From Squalus acanthias (Eukaryota), in the NCBI GenBank assembly GCA_030390025.1, contig CM059432.1, positions 141,672,001 through 141,736,000 on the forward strand: a DNA stretch of 64,000 nucleotides, read 5' to 3'. Of the stretch, positions 1 to 14,092 are shown piece by piece. Each line of letters starts with the position of its first letter. Within the stretch, counting starts at the first letter, position 1. Position numbers and translations under genes: made by a program. The notes beneath the pieces were generated by a model, which did not search any database, was not told the origin of the DNA, and was given only the letters and a program-made list of their open reading frames with translations.

Positions 1-489
1 TTATTCTTAACGCAAAATCCTGAACCATTAAGTGAATAGAACTACCAATCCTAACTGATTGGTTCCAAACTCGCAGCTTAACCCAGCAGATTGTTTCTCA
101 TTCTCAACATCAGTAATTCTGTGCACTGAACACAGCACAGGAACCCAGGCTTTATACAACTTTGCATTTCTCTGTAAAATAACTATTTTCTTTCCCCGCC
201 CCCCCCCCACCCCCCACCCAAAGCAGATAATACAAAAACGTTGATACCACATTGCCTGCAGGTTTCTATTGTAACCGAGTATTCCTTGTTGGGGGGGGGG
301 GGGGGGGGGGAGGGGGTGCGGTGGCAGTAGAGAAATTGTTCCAGGTTACTTACATTTGTTTTAAGTCAGTCTTTGCTTGACCTTCCGAGGTAATTGCTAA
401 CAGGAACAGCCATGCGTCAGATTTAAATCGCAATGGGACATGTTTATGGAGTGCTTGATTTTCAGTGAATCAGTGCTGTGGTTTAGAGG

Positions 490-858
490 GATAGGAACAT
501 AGGAATAGGAGGAGGCCATTCAGCTCACTCGAGCCAGTTCCGCTGTTCTATTAGATCATGGCTGATCTGTACCTCAATTCCATTTACCTGTCTTTATTCC
601 ATACACCTTGATACCCTTGCCTAAAAAAACTCTATCGATCTCAGCCTTGAAAATTTCCATTGATCCCCAGCCTTTTGGGGGGGGGGGGGGGGGGGGGGGG
701 GAGAGAGAGTTCCAGATTTCCACTACCCTTTGTATGAAAAAATGCTTCCTGATTTCATGCCCAAATGGCCAAGATCTAATTTTAAGATTATGGCCTCTTG
801 TTCTGGACTCCACCACCAGAGGAAATAGTTTCTTCATATTCACCCAATCATTTTAACC
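490..858 (-). mobile_element. CR1 3' fragment
   Basis: KLFPLVVESRTRGHNLKI...FFIQRVVEIWNSL plus 3'UTR. Confidence 0.85.
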
Positions 859-1837
859 TCATTGTCTTTGATGTAATGTTTTCCTGACTGACCTGTTTGG
901 ACACCATCCACACCTTTGATTGCCGTGATTATCTCTCTGCTGAGGTGTGATAAAGGGCAGTTAGAAAGATTAACTGTAATCATCGGAAGGCAGGCGTCGT
1001 GAGGATGGGTGACCAATAGATGGAGTGTGGGGGCGGGGCAATTGGAGGCAGGAGGTCATGTGATGACACCTCCAGGAATGCGTCCAACCAGAGTTGGCAA
1101 CCCTACTCCTAGTGGATGGCTTAAGCCAATAAGTAGGCTTTTTTTTTACACGCTCAATGAGGGACAGCAAATAGGCACTTGAAGAAACAGGGGCTAAAAC
1201 GCCTGCTTGTTTATCTTTGTAAGACAAGTCTGTTGGCACGAGTGTACATTGCTGCCCTTAAATTTGAGTAAAAGGAGCTGATAAATAAAGCCATGCACTA
1301 AAAATTAAGTCCCATCCACCCATTAAAAGATTTTTTTGACATTTAATGAGACACCCTTGCTGCAGAAATATTATGAATTAAAGTCCATCGGTGTTGCAGG
1401 AATATGATGAATGATATTAAAGCCCCTTTCAGTTATCAATGGCTAGTTAGTTAAAGCAACCCCTTTAATAGTTGAGAACGCGCTCCCTCCAACCTACACC
1501 ACCTTATCAAGCATCTTCAAAGTCCAGAATCAGGCCAACTGGAAGCCAAGTCAAGTGAAAAGGTTAGTGCAAATCCCATGGCCACTCTTCAACTAGCCCA
1601 ACTGGTGTCACTGGCATTCAGCGGACATCAACAGCCTCTCCTCCAAAACCCTCAATAGTCAGGAACTGGACTCCCAATCCCAGGTGCCTTCTATAACTCT
1701 CCATAAAACCATAGAGCCCCTCCCAGGTTTGGATGCCACGTCAATGAGAAAATCCTAGGGAGCAGGCTTGAATTTCTGGTGACCTTCTAAAGAGATATGT
1801 ATCGTTAAAGGGGGTTACATGTAAAGCTAAAGCAGTT

Positions 1838-2447
1838 AGAGAATCATACAGCACAGAAGGAGGCCATATGGCCCATCGTGCCTGTGCCGGCTCTTTGAAA
1901 GAGCGGTCCAATTAGTCCCACACCCCCCTGCCCTTTCCCCATAGCTCTGCAAATATTTATTTTTTCAAGTATTTATCCAATTTCCTTTTGAAATTTACTA
2001 TTGAATCTGCTTCCACCACCCTTTCAGGCAGTGCATTCCAGGTCACAACAACAGGCTACGTAAAAAAAATCCTCATGTCCCCTCTGATTCTTTTGCCAAT
2101 TGCCTTAAATCGGTGTCCTCTGGTTACCGACCCTCCTGCCAGTGGAAAGAGTTTCTCCTTACTTACTCTATCAAAACCCTTCATAATTTTGAACGCCTGA
2201 ATTAAATCTCCCCTTAACCTTCTCTGCTCCAAGGAGAACAACCCCAGCTTCTCTAGTCTCTCCGCATAACTGAAGTCCCTCATCCCTGGTATCATACTGG
2301 TAAAGCTCCTCTGCACCCTCTCCAAGGCTTTGACATTCTTCCTAAAGAGCGGTGCTCAGAATTGGACACAATACTCCAGCTGAGGCCTAACCAATGATTA
2401 ATAAACGTTTAGCATAACCTCCTTGCTTTTGTACCCTGTGCCTCAGT
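1838..2447 (-). mobile_element. CR1 3' fragment
   Basis: ERLEKLGLFSLEQRRLRGDLI motif plus 3'UTR. Confidence 0.88.
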
Positions 2448-2454
2448 TTATAAA

Positions 2455-2620
2455 ACTGGTGAAGTGAATGGAATTGTCTGAAGACTGGAATCTTTGATGG
2501 TGAGGGGACCTCAGGGGGAGGCCAAGAAGGATCATCCACTCGGCCCTTCTGGCTGAATGTGATTGCAAACAGTTCAGCCTCGACTTTTGCACAACTAAAG
2601 TGGGCAGTAGGTCCAAGGGA
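2455..2620 (-). mobile_element. Internal fragment of the second CR1-group LINE family
   Basis: Similar to 58500-58630 (FSQKGRVDDPSWPPPEVP). Confidence 0.7.
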
Positions 2621-2879
2621 CATGCTGAGCAGTTTTGACAATATGCCAAGGAGAATGAAGCAGAAACCGAGGACAATGTTTGCTGCAGCAACTGGCATGA
2701 TTGCCATGCTGTCAGTTTGAACACAATCACTGTTTAGTTTTATGGGGCAGACCAAGACCAAATATGAGTGTGAATTATAACAGAAAAGTAGAACAATTCA
2801 GAAATTCCCAATTTTATTGAAGTTAATGGACTAAACCGCTGGTTTAAAAGATTCCCCCACTGTGTTTAGCAAGGTGATG

Positions 2880-3250
2880 ACAACAACAACTTGCGCCTTT
2901 AACGTAGTAAAACGTCCCAAGGCGCTTCACAGGAGCGTTATCAGACAAAATTTGACACGAGACACATAATGAGATATTAGGACAGGTGACTAAACGCTTA
3001 GTGAAAGAGGTAGGTTTTAAGGAGCGTCTTAAGAGAGAGAGGTGGAGAGGTTTAGGGAGGGATTCGAGCTTAGGGCCCAGGCAGCTGAAGGCAAGGTCAC
3101 CAATGGGGGAGCGATGAAAATCAGGGATACGCAAGAGGCCAGAATTGGAGTAGTGCAGAGATCTTGGGAGGGTTGCAGGGCTGGAGGAGGTTACAGAGAT
3201 AGGGAGGGGTGAGGCCATGGAGGTATTTGAACACAAGGAATTGAATTTTA
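2880..3250 (-). mobile_element. L2 LINE 3' end
   Basis: SNSGLLRIPDFHRSPIGDLAFSCLGPKL C-terminus and (GTT)n tail. Confidence 0.8.
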
Positions 3251-4407
3251 AATGACGGTAACAATTAACAACTGGGGTGAGGAGGGAATATCATTCTCTC
3301 ATTTTGCAAATTATTAAATCATAAATGAGTAAATACACATCTAAAACTTTGCCAGGTTTTTTTTGGAATAAATATTTCAATTTCACAATTTCAAAGTGAA
3401 TGTGCAGATTTAAAAATCAGAGGAGATACAGAACAGAATGCAGAGATGAAACTTGATTCTGCTAATCCTATATTTAATTACCCAGATACAGAAATGTCAC
3501 AACAGATTTATTTTAACACTAAAAACAAACTGGACAAAAAAAAAAAAATCACACTGCCTTTGGCTCAAATTCTGCTGGAACAAAAATGCACAAATGTATT
3601 TGGACACAATATTAAATAACCGGCAACACAGAATTATAACAGCATGTTTCTTTTGTACAGTTCGTAACACCCTGCTCAGTTTAACAATACAATTCATTAA
3701 TAAATAGTTAATATTCCCTGATCCAAAAAAAGTAAAATCACATATATTACAAATCAGACAAATATTAAAGACATTTCAAAACATTCACAATACAGCTCCT
3801 CTTACACTCTCTCACAACACTTACTATATACTTCTACATCAGTTTGAATATATTATTTTTGTTTGGCTCCCAAAATTGAAGTGTGGTTTTTTGAATTGTT
3901 TTTAATGTTCATCCCACTTACTGATTTAAAGCTCATGCAGTTAATCGTCAGGCCGCCGTGCAACCCAGAGCAGTTTGCACTTTATTAGTCTTCTATCGAA
4001 GGGCTTATTTGGCTGTAAAGAACTTTGGGACATCCCCGAGGTCAAGAAAGGTGCTATATAAATGCCAAGTCTTTCTTTCTTTATTCATCTACTAAAATGG
4101 ATGTTATTCTGCACTATTCACATTCATTCGATGTTATTCATGCAATTCAATCTTAGTCATTATTAGCACATCACTGCAGGGAATAGAAGACTGCCATTCA
4201 GCAGTGAGATTGCAATACCTCTGTTGACAAAAGGTCTCTACCCAACACGTTAACCTGCCATTACAGGTGCTGGCAGCCTGGTCCTGTTTTAACCAGCACT
4301 GCAATCCTATTCAACAGCTTGGGAGAACTGGCAGCTTTTGAATCAAGCAGATTCTGTTACTCAGCTTTTGTGTTAAACTAAGGCTGTTAAAATTTACTCC
4401 TTTATCA

Positions 4408-5575
4408 TTTGTACCACATAAGTGCCAGGCCATCTAAAGAAAATGCCAACAACCAATCCCTGACCTTCAATGACATGACCATTGCCGAGTCCTCCACTGT
4501 TGACATCTTGGGGGTCATTATTGACCAGAAGCCTAACTGGACCAGCATATCAACACAGTTGCTTCAGGATCACAGCAGACACGGGGTACTCTGTGACAAG
4601 TGACTCACTCCCTGACCCCTTGATGCCTCTCCACCATCTGCAAGGCTCAAGTCAAGAGCATGATGGAATAGTCACCTGAATGTGGTGCAGACGCAATGAC
4701 ACAAGAAGCTCAGCACCATCGACGACAAAGCAGTCTGTGAGATTGGCACCCCTACATCTGAACTCAACATCCACCCCTTCCACCACTGGCGCAATGTGGC
4801 TTCAGTTATGTACCATCCAGTGCAGAGACTCACCAAATTTACTCCAACAGCACAGCCCAACCACGCAAACTCTACCACCGAGGACAAGAGCAGCAAGATC
4901 ATGGGCACACTATCACCTCCAAGCTACCCTCCAAGTCACACAGCATCCTGACTTAAAGAAATAAAGACTTGCATTTCTGTAGCGCCTTTAACAACCTCGA
5001 GGTCTCAAAGCGCTTTACAGCCAATGAAGTACTTCTGAAGCGTAGTCACTGTTGTAATTTGCACACAGCAAGCTCCCACAAACAGCAATGTGATAATGAC
5101 CATATCATCTGTTTTAGTGATGGTGGTTGAGAGATAAATATTGGCCAGGACATCGTGGAGAATACCTGTTCTTCTTCAAAATAGTGCCATGGGACCTTTT
5201 ACGTCCATCTGAGAGAGCAGACGGAGCCTCGGTTCAATCTCTCATCCACAAGATGGCATCTCTGACAGTGCAGCGCTCCTTCAGTACCACACTGGAGTGT
5301 CAGCCTAGATTTTTGTGCTCAAGTCTCTGGAGTGGGACTTGAACCCACAACCTTCTATGCCACCAACTGAGCCACGGCATATATCACCATTCCTTCATCG
5401 TCGCTGGGTCAAAATCTTGGAATTCATTGCCTAATATTCTCACCGTGGGAACACCGTCACCACAAGGATGGTTTAAGGATGAGGCGCACCACCACCTTCT
5501 CAGGGCTTTCAGGGGTGGGCACCAAATGTGGCTCTGCCAGTATTGTCCACATTCGGAGAACATAAAAAATAAGTA
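4408..5575 (+). mobile_element. Degenerate 3' part of the second LINE family, interrupted by a SINE at 4955-5378
   Basis: Collinear with 59450-60170; resumes after the SINE at ~5379. Confidence 0.75.
4955..5378 (-). mobile_element. tRNA-headed DeuSINE (SacSINE1-like)
   Basis: A/B-box head (GTGGCTCAGTTGG...GGTTCAAGTCCC), Deu-domain-like core, L2-like tail. Confidence 0.8.
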
Positions 5576-7694
5576 TAGTTCATCGTTACTGCAGTTTCTT
5601 TAAGGATATTTTGACAGAAGTGGTTCTGGGCCGGTACAAACAGAGCTTTCTACAACACTATAAAGGGGAAGATGGGCCAATGGGCTCACTTTTGGTGTGA
5701 GCGCTCACACCAAATTCCTGCAGCATCATCAGGCTCACGGCTCCCTCAAGCACCTACTGGAGACTCCTGCCAAAGCATTGCCGCAGGTCTGGAGATGCGC
5801 ATTATGATCAGTGGGGGGGGGGGTTCAAATCCAGTGATTAATCAGCACATGGCAATGCTGATTTCAGGATAGCTGCCGACTTTAAAATCAATACCGAGCC
5901 ACTCATTGACACAGGAGCACAGTTAAATAGGTAGGCTCTACATCATAAATTGGGAGACTTACGCTAGTTTATTTATTTTTTTAAATAGAATTAACAGCAC
6001 AGAAACAGGCCATTCGGCCCAACAGGTCCATGCTGGTGTTTATGCTCCACATGAGCCACCTCCAACCTAATTATTTTTTAATGTATTGAAGAGTAGATTT
6101 TAATTGACTGGTTGTCTGTACTTCAAAGGGCCCGAACTGTCCATCTGGAATTAGCATAATTAGTCAACTCTCTTCAAAGGTAACAAATTGGCCTCAGCTG
6201 TGTCAGAAAATTATTTGCATCTGATATGCCTTGTAACCCCAGCCTCCCGAAAATACAGGCCATATAGTTTGATTCCTGGGATCGCTGTGGTCGCATTGTC
6301 AATTGTGAGTATTTTGTAAGTTGGTTGCTAATGACAAAAAGATTGCTTCTACATCAAAAGTGATCCGATGAATAAAGCTCCCTGGCTGTTAATTTTTACT
6401 TCTGGTATTTGGCTGATAAAAGTTTCACTTGAACTTTGGCAAGTATTATTTCACAAGACGCTGGGAGAATAACTGGTTCTTTTCCAACAGTCATCCCAAT
6501 GTTTGTATTGCAAATGACTACCTGTGCTGTATAGTGTTTTATATATAATGTGCTTCTAATTCTAAATAAGCTCAATCAGTACTTTGGTCTGTACAAAGTG
6601 GGTTTAATGCTGGAGATTTGCTGCAACCAGAATTAACAGATGTAGTGGGAATCCGACCTAAATTTCAATGAGCAATTTACCATGATCGCAATTCACTGTC
6701 AGAGGTAAGGTTAGAGGGAGAGGAAGTGAAGGAAAGAGAGAGTTTGCAAAGAGGAAAAAAGAGAAATAGGGGGAGGAAGGAAAGAGAGAGAGAGATAAAT
6801 AAAGAATACAAACTGCAAAGTGGAACATCTTTGTCTTCAATCAATGTCATTTTCAATCCTCCGCTTCCAACAACTTGAAACAAACACAAAAGAGCAAAAC
6901 ACACAGAACAATGCAATTATGTCTTTTTAAGGATATATTCCAACTGGGGAGAACACAAAGTACCACTGATTCCCCTCATTGCTAATAAAACATATACTTG
7001 TAAATAGTTGTCATCTAGTAGCAGTGATTACACTATAACTATTTCTAGGACTACCTTTACGGTAACAGGCCAGATTTTGCTGTCAAAATAACAGTGAGGC
7101 TAATGGCACTCGCCGTTATTTATGCGTGAATGGTACATCAACTTCAGACGAGGGGCAGATGCGTGGTTAAACTTGTGTGTGCATAGCACAACGCAGTAAT
7201 CCAGAAATGTCAACATTCAGTATTTAAATGCGACACCTGGCAAAGACCAACAGCACCATTACAAATGTGTGGATTTAAGCTGTTTTTTTTTCCATTTTAG
7301 AATTCATAAAGAATCTATTTTATTCCAGATCAGATTGGCTTGCTGATTTTAAGCAGCTAATGGCTGCATCAACATAAAGAGTCAGATTTCCTGTAAACCA
7401 TAATTAGTTAATAGTGGTCCCATTGTGTTGGCACCAGAAACGAACAGGAGGCAAAGTGGATGTTGCAGATAGGATGGTGTGCATGTTATCTTGCATTAGA
7501 CTAACCCATATACGCATTGTTGAGTGCAGCCATTGTATTTGTGAATTGTGTCATTAACTTCACCTGATAAGTAACCCGACCGCACTGCTGCAAGTGACTG
7601 GGATTGATTTTACGCACATCTCTTGTATTAGTGTAACATTCCTCCACTCACTGCACAGGTGATGCAGTAGTGGTGCATTTACGTAGCAAGTGAG

Positions 7695-8502
7695 GTATAA
7701 CGCAGAAAAGTGCGAAGTGATACATTTTGGTAGGAAGAACGAGGAGAGGCAATATAAACTAGAGTAAAATCCTAAAGGGGGTGCAGGAACAGAGAGACCT
7801 GGGGGTATATGTGCACAAATCGTTGAAGATGGCAGGACAGGTTGAGAAAGCGGTTAAAAAAGCTTACGGATCCTGGGCTTCATAAATAGAGGCATAGAGT
7901 ACAAAAGCAAGGAAGTTATGATGAACTTTTATAAAACACTGGTCAGCCACAACTGGAGTATTGTGTTCAATTCTGGGCACTACACTTTAGGAAGGATGTG
8001 AAGGCCTTAAGAGAGGGTGCAGAAAAGATTTACAAGAATGATTCCAGGGATGAGGGACTTCAGTTACGTGGATAGACTGGAGAGGCTGGGGTTGTTCACC
8101 TTAGAGCAGAGAAGGTTGAGAGGAGATATGATAGAGGTGTTCAAAATCATGAGGGGTCTAGACAGAGTAGATAGAGAGAAACTGTTCCCATTGGTGGAAG
8201 GGTCGAGAACCAGAGGGACACAGATTTAAGGTGATTGGCAGAAGATCCAAAGGCGACATGAGGAAAAATCTTTTTACGCAGCGAGTGGTTGTGATCTGGA
8301 ATGCACTGCCTGAGAGGGTGGTGGAGGCAGATTCAATCATGGCTTTCAAAAGGGGATTGGATAAGTACCTGAAGGAAAGAAAATTGCAGGGCTACGGGGA
8401 AAGGGCGGGGGGAGTGGGACCAGCTGAAGTGCTCTTGCAGAGAGCCGGCACGGGCTCGACAGGCCGAATGGCCTCCTACTGTGCTGTAACCATTCTATGA
8501 TT
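7695..8502 (+). mobile_element. CR1 3' fragment
   Basis: CR1 ORF2 C-terminal motifs, 3'UTR and ATTCTATG tail. Confidence 0.88.
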
Positions 8503-8597
8503 TACCCTTAATATCCCTCTCGAGGAATATCATGTGCTGATACCGAAAGTGAGATGAGAAAACTGAATCAATGGAACTCACTTTGCCACCACCCTTT

Positions 8598-10306
8598 GGG
8601 GGGGAAATTGGTGATGGCCAGCAAAGCAGTCGGTGTCACCGGCAACTGCCATTAACAGCCGTCCGAAATGGCCGCAGCGCTGACCGACCTAAATTGGTGT
8701 GGTGGGCATGGAGGTCGGTGGCACAGCGCTAACCTTAGGTGCAACGGCGTCCTGGTGACGTTGCACGAGGGATCCAGGACCAATTTGTAGTCCTGGTGCG
8801 CTGTTGCTGCTTCCCCGAGCGTCCGTGCGCGAGGCCGTGAAGCTCGCAATGCATTGTGGACAGTGAGGAGCTCTGAAATTTAACGGGGCCGTGCACATTG
8901 AAGCAAGACAAAATAAAATGCACTGATTCGGTACATTTTTCAGCCCTATTTACAAATATTCAAAATTTGAAAGAAGTTCCAAATGTGATTATTCAGCTCT
9001 TAAAGCTGAATTACCTTCCTAAACTGAACAAATGGGAAAACTGCCTCAGCACGAACACAAATGGCTCAGCAAGCCAGGGAAGGGGCACCCAGGGTCTCAC
9101 ACGCAGCACTCCCAGCTTTGTGCAGGGGGTCAACACTGAAAGAGAGGTCCTCTACCCACAGGGGCCAGGAGACCCTCCAGAAAGAACAATGTGGGAGTAC
9201 ATCACTAAGGCTGTCACAGCCAGCAGTGTCGCCCTCACCACCTGGCTCCAGTGCCCAAAGAAGCTTCATGACCTCAGACCACTGGTCAAGGTCAGTGAAT
9301 GCATCTTCAAAAAGCTGTCACCTATCAACTGCACCACTAGCCTCACACACTGCTCAACGCACAACCTCCAATCACTCACCTACCAACAATCTGCACCAAT
9401 GACGAGGTACATCTACCATCACCTCACCCCCTTGGAGGAGACGGTGCAGGCCATTCTTGGCAGGGGCATGGCTGACCCCTTGGCCAGCGGCGGGGCTGAA
9501 AGGACACAAGATATGGGTATCCTCGTACGTTATCCCCCTTCTGGCATGCACTTCTAGGTTTCCCGCCCTCCCGTCAGCACAACTCCACCCTTGTGTCTTC
9601 CTCATTTCACACACCCAAGAAATGCAGCCTGCCCAGTCAGTGGGTGAACAAGAAGAGGTAGCCTGCCCAGCCAATGGGACCGTAGGCGGATGATTCCATC
9701 CCGGATATCCCGGCCACAAAGGGGCTGTCTGGGATGCATCCTTCCATCTGATTCCTCCTCTTCGGCTTCCTCCTCTTCTGCGTCTTCCTTTCCCCTCTTC
9801 AAGCAGATGCTGTAAATGTGAAATGACAGCATAAGATGCAAATATTCAGTTGGTCAGGCAGCATGTCGACCTGAGACGTGAATTCCATGGATGTAGCATG
9901 TTCTGTCTTCTCAAAGGCGTTCACTTACCATCCGAGCCCTTGCAAGTGTCCAACAACTTCCAAAAAACTTTTCACATATATTGCAGCAAGCCACCACTTT
10001 AATAAAATCCAAAAAACCAAAGCCAAACCCTTCCATTCAAACTTACCTGATTGCTGTGTGTGTCCTTTTAACAGCTACAGATATAGTTCCGGTCAGCCTG
10101 TTTGCACGCCAGGTTAACTTGGCATGCTTAGGACCCAGCACTGAATTGAACACTAGGGTCGAAGTTCGCGTAGGTGACGTTAAGTCGCACGCCGCCATTT
10201 TTTTTATTGCAGGGCGCTGCCGGTTACCGGCAACGCAAAGGGACCCACGAATATGCGAGAATCGCTGGCGCTAACAGGTGGCGGTAAGTATATGAATTTC
10301 TCTCCC
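8598..10306. mobile_element. Decayed PIF/Harbinger DNA transposon (Myb/SANT-like ORF + transposase tail, convergent)
   Basis: 9061-9290 (+, one frameshift) reads MAQQAREGAPRVSHAALPAL/VQGVNTEREVLYPQG...WEYITKAV...TWLQCPKKLHDL, Myb/SANT-like, ending at donor AAG|GTCAGT. The minus strand at ~9680-9805 gives an acidic EEEE...RDIRDGIIRLR, like Harbinger transposase C-termini. GGG..GAAATT-like inverted ends; boundaries uncertain. Confidence 0.6.
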
Positions 10307-12160
10307 TTTGTCTTTAGAAACCAAAGATTTTCTGTTTGTATCCAAAACGTTATTTCTTACAATGAGCAATTAACCCATTACAGACAGAACTGTTGTAGTC
10401 CAGTTTATGTTGTACTGTTAGCATTTTGCTGAATGTTTTGTGTTTTATATTTGTATTTAATTAACGGTTGCAGGCTGAAAATTCTAATCTGTGTATTCTA
10501 AAATGCAAAACTATCACACTCCCATCTCAAAGTGATTGTTTAGCACAAAACTACAGGGTATTTGGACACTGAGGGCAGCAGGACCTGCGAGACTCTGTCC
10601 ATGAATAGAATGATGCAGCACAGAAGGAGGCCAATCGGCCCATCGTCCCCGTGCCGGAATGAATGACCAATGCCCTCTGTGCACCGATTCCCAGTGCACG
10701 GTGCTTCCCACGGGGAGTGCAGATCTGTCCAATCTACTTTTATATTTAATCCAATAAGATTACTGCAAGTAAGCACTTGATTTATATGTTGTACTCTTGC
10801 TCCGCAAGTTAATACGGCGCAAGAGTACACCATATAAATCAAGTGGAGATTTTAAGATTATAATTGGCCTTGGCGAGACTACATCTGGATTACCATGTTA
10901 GTAGAGAGGTTCATCAAATGAAGATGATTAATACTAGAATTTAGTGCACTGAGCTGCAATTGCGTACTCTGGGCTTTTTCTCTTCCAAAAAGAGACAGAG
11001 AAAACTTGAAAGAAGGGTTTAAGATCATAATTTAGAACCAGATAAGTTTTTTTTTTAAATCGCATACATGATTTCAGAACCAGGGGAATCGATTCAAGGT
11101 GAGGGAAACTGAAATAAATTGGCACTTTGGTCAGACTTCTTCAGCAAATTTCATCAATATATGGAACAATTAGGGATGGGCAATAAATGCTGGCCTTGCC
11201 AGCAACGCCCACATCCCATAAAAACAATAAAAAATAAAAAAATCGGTGGAGACGGGGAACAGAAAGCTTATAAAGGAACATGTTCTCAGCATCTGAAGGG
11301 AGTCGCGGTTATGATGTTTTACGCAGGATCCAAAGATGGATTGATGCTCTTCACCAGTTTGCAATATAGCAGTTATAACAAAGTGCAGTTTCTGACTGGA
11401 GGGACAACCTTTGCTGATGGGAACTGCTGAGAGAGGGGGAAAAAAAAAGTTTTTAAAAATCTCAAAACGTTTTAACAAGCGGGTTCACTTTAGCTAATCT
11501 ACATACCGGCATGTATCCTTTTATGCAAGTGTGGCTCAGATCACAAGAGGCATGCGTAAAGCTCGCGGCAGCTACCACTTGTTAAGTTTGTCGATGAAGC
11601 TTTAGTTGGTTTTTTCCACTTCCGTCAAATGGTGTGTAATACTTCTACACCACACGTATGAGCGAGGTAACTGGTGTTGCTTCAAAACCTCAGATTTGCC
11701 TTCATGATGAACTCAAACATTCACACTCTCTGACTCTCACACTGCAATAGCCAATGGTACCACCACTGTTGGCCCACAATCAGCCCACCCTTATTTAGAC
11801 ATTGAACTTCTGATTTGTGACACCCCCGGGGTTATATCCAACCACTGCGTTAAAGAACCAGTCCAAAACAGGTTATTACTAATTTTAGTTGTGATCCAAC
11901 ACAACCAGCGTGAACTTCATTTCAGCCACATCTTAATTGGCTTTGAACCTGTGCCTCTTTGCATCAAGTCAGCACTAGACTACAGGCTCAATCAACGGTG
12001 CACAAAGCCCCAAAACAACCAATTATTAAAGATCTGTCCCGTTATTCACTACACATTTTTTCAGCTAGAGGGCTAACAGAATATTGAATTACGCATTTTT
12101 AAGCCACGCAACTTATTGAAGTACAAGATGTTTCTTCCTTGCCCGCCCAGCAATCTTGCA

Positions 12161-13894
12161 TTATGTGTTGCAAGCCAGCACCTCTGCAAATGGGCCAAGA
12201 AGGTTTTTATTAAAGATGCACCTTATCCAAACCAGATAGGTTGTAAATGGTTTAATGTTTTCTATGAATGTGTAGTTCTGGTGAGGCAAGATGTATGGCA
12301 TGTATGTGTTCTCGCCTTGTTCCTGTATCCATACCTCATACTTCACCTCTTTTACTTTTAAGTACTTCAGATTCCAAGGTACTTCCCATGAAATGGACAA
12401 CTTTGCCTCATTGGTACCCTGAACAGAGGCTTGGCACCTGGAATCTCTCACCTTTCCAGGATATATTATACCGTTTGACTTAACCTTTCTGAGAGCAGGT
12501 TTGGATCTCACTGACTGATGAATGGCGCTCATCACTGACGGGATATCCACATGGGTGTCCTGATAAATACGAAAGAGCCACTCAGGATTTCGGCAGCACA
12601 GGTGGCGAGGGACCTCCTTGCTCTTTGTTATTCGCTCTTGCTCGGCTTTATCGAGGTGAGCAATTCCGCCTTGTTCCCACGGCCTGCCGGGGTGGGCAAC
12701 CGTATTCTCTTCCTTAGTGTTCTGCCAGGCAACGTACTGCAGGTCCATGCCTGGGAGAGATGCCAGGGTTTTATAAGGCGTGTAATGTTCTGGGTTGACA
12801 GCATAAGGGAAGAGCTCGACAACCACGGCACCCCGGGGCAGAAAGAGCGCCATCACCAGCTGGGATCCGTGCATGCTCACCAGCATTGAGGCGCCACCAA
12901 TCAGGCGCACAAGATCTCCAAAGGAATGGTCCTCCAGAGACACCACGATAGTCTTCATCTGAAACTCCTGTGCGAAGCCCAAGATCAATTCCGCTTCATT
13001 GAGAATCAACCTATTGATTGTGCGACTGAACACCACAATATACCCTTCACTACTGGAGTCTGTAGTAGTGTTTAACTTTTCCACTAGGAAGTGAGTGAAT
13101 TGCCTAATTTCATTCCCAGATACCAATATATTTGCTTTTGGCCCCTGAGGTTGGATGAATCCATACTGATACCAAGTTGTCATTTTTGACAACCCAACGT
13201 AAGACTTCGTAAAGCAAAGCAACTTCCCGAGACTTTTCAGTTGTTCCCTCAGAAGAGGTTGCTTGTTGCTAAGTAATTTGTAGAGGTCAAAGTGCAACCC
13301 TTCATTCCACCCTTCCATAAAGACCAATCGTGAATCTCGGTCCAAGTCTGGGAACTGCTGCATAGTGTAGTAGATTGGGAGGAGATCATCGTGAAAGATA
13401 TGCATGAGGTTGTCTGGGTTGAAACGGTTCATGATCAATGCAACATCTGGCACAAAGACCGGCTTCTGCATGAACTTAAGAGCAGCAACAGGTAATTCCA
13501 CAAAGTTGAAGTATTGAGTGGTGTGATCTTCCACCGAAGACAGGTCAAGCAGAGCAGGCTGGAACCGCCGGGAGCCCAGATTTGGCAGCAAGACAGAAGC
13601 ATTGCTGTGGAAGAAGACAAACTCTTCAGCCTCGGTAGAGTAGCAGAGGGACTCGAACCGGCAGATCCGCTCAGTGTGCATTCTTCCCGTGCAAACCATC
13701 CTGGTGCCATCTTCCATGAGGGCTTGCAGAGCGGCATGGTAGTCAATCCTCACTTGGGACAGCTCTTGGGTCTGCTGGGACAGCATTAACTCTTCCTCTA
13801 TGGACACGGCATGTTCCCACAACTTTGCATACTTCCACAACACAGCCGCCAGGATGGACACGAGCAGAGCGTTGAAAATAACCGCTAAGCTCAT
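12161..13894 (-). CDS. POMGNT2: Protein O-linked-mannose beta-1,4-N-acetylglucosaminyltransferase 2 (GTDC2), 577 aa, single coding exon
   Basis: Intact ORF. N-terminal type II TM anchor ([22 protein letters not shown]), GT61-type catalytic region ([41 protein letters not shown]) and C-terminal FN3 domain ([29 protein letters not shown]...[11 protein letters not shown]). The ATG at 13894 matches the known vertebrate N-terminus; the ORF-track start at 13936 is a GTG. Confidence 0.97.
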   Translation of the reverse strand: MSLAVIFNALLVSILAAVLWKYAKLWEHAVSIEEELMLSQQTQELSQVRIDYHAALQALMEDGTRMVCTGRMHTERICRFESLCYSTEAEEFVFFHSNASVLLPNLGSRRFQPALLDLSSVEDHTTQYFNFVELPVAALKFMQKPVFVPDVALIMNRFNPDNLMHIFHDDLLPIYYTMQQFPDLDRDSRLVFMEGWNEGLHFDLYKLLSNKQPLLREQLKSLGKLLCFTKSYVGLSKMTTWYQYGFIQPQGPKANILVSGNEIRQFTHFLVEKLNTTTDSSSEGYIVVFSRTINRLILNEAELILGFAQEFQMKTIVVSLEDHSFGDLVRLIGGASMLVSMHGSQLVMALFLPRGAVVVELFPYAVNPEHYTPYKTLASLPGMDLQYVAWQNTKEENTVAHPGRPWEQGGIAHLDKAEQERITKSKEVPRHLCCRNPEWLFRIYQDTHVDIPSVMSAIHQSVRSKPALRKVKSNGIIYPGKVRDSRCQASVQGTNEAKLSISWEVPWNLKYLKVKEVKYEVWIQEQGENTYMPYILPHQNYTFIENIKPFTTYLVWIRCIFNKNLLGPFAEVLACNT

Positions 13895-13987
13895 TCTGCA
13901 GCTTGATCTATGCATGTAGGGATGAGTGCATTTCACAGCGAGGAGGTGGTGATGAGAGCTCTTTCAGTCAAGGCAGAAGTGAGGACC

Positions 13988-14005
13988 CTTAAAAGAACAA
14001 GATAG
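13988..14005 (-). promoter_or_regulatory. Splice acceptor of the POMGNT2 coding exon (exon would start at 13987)
   Basis: Minus strand reads atcttgttcttttaAG|ggtcctc: a polypyrimidine tract plus AG, 93 nt upstream of the ATG. Fits the known layout of a non-coding exon 1 plus one coding exon. Confidence 0.7.
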
Positions 14006-14092
14006 CGTTATCAAGCAGTTACTTTCAATCAAAGTCATTGAGAAATTGAATGACACCCGTACTACTCAAAGGGATGGGAAACAAGTAGAGGC

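Noticed and set aside
6790..11450. Minus-strand acceptor-like sites at ~6875 and 11428 as extra exons
   Set aside because: No recognisable coding content or paired donor; cannot be supported without RNA data.
13895..13936. 14-aa N-terminal extension of POMGNT2 from the ORF track
   Set aside because: It starts at GTG; known orthologues begin at the position of the 13894 ATG.
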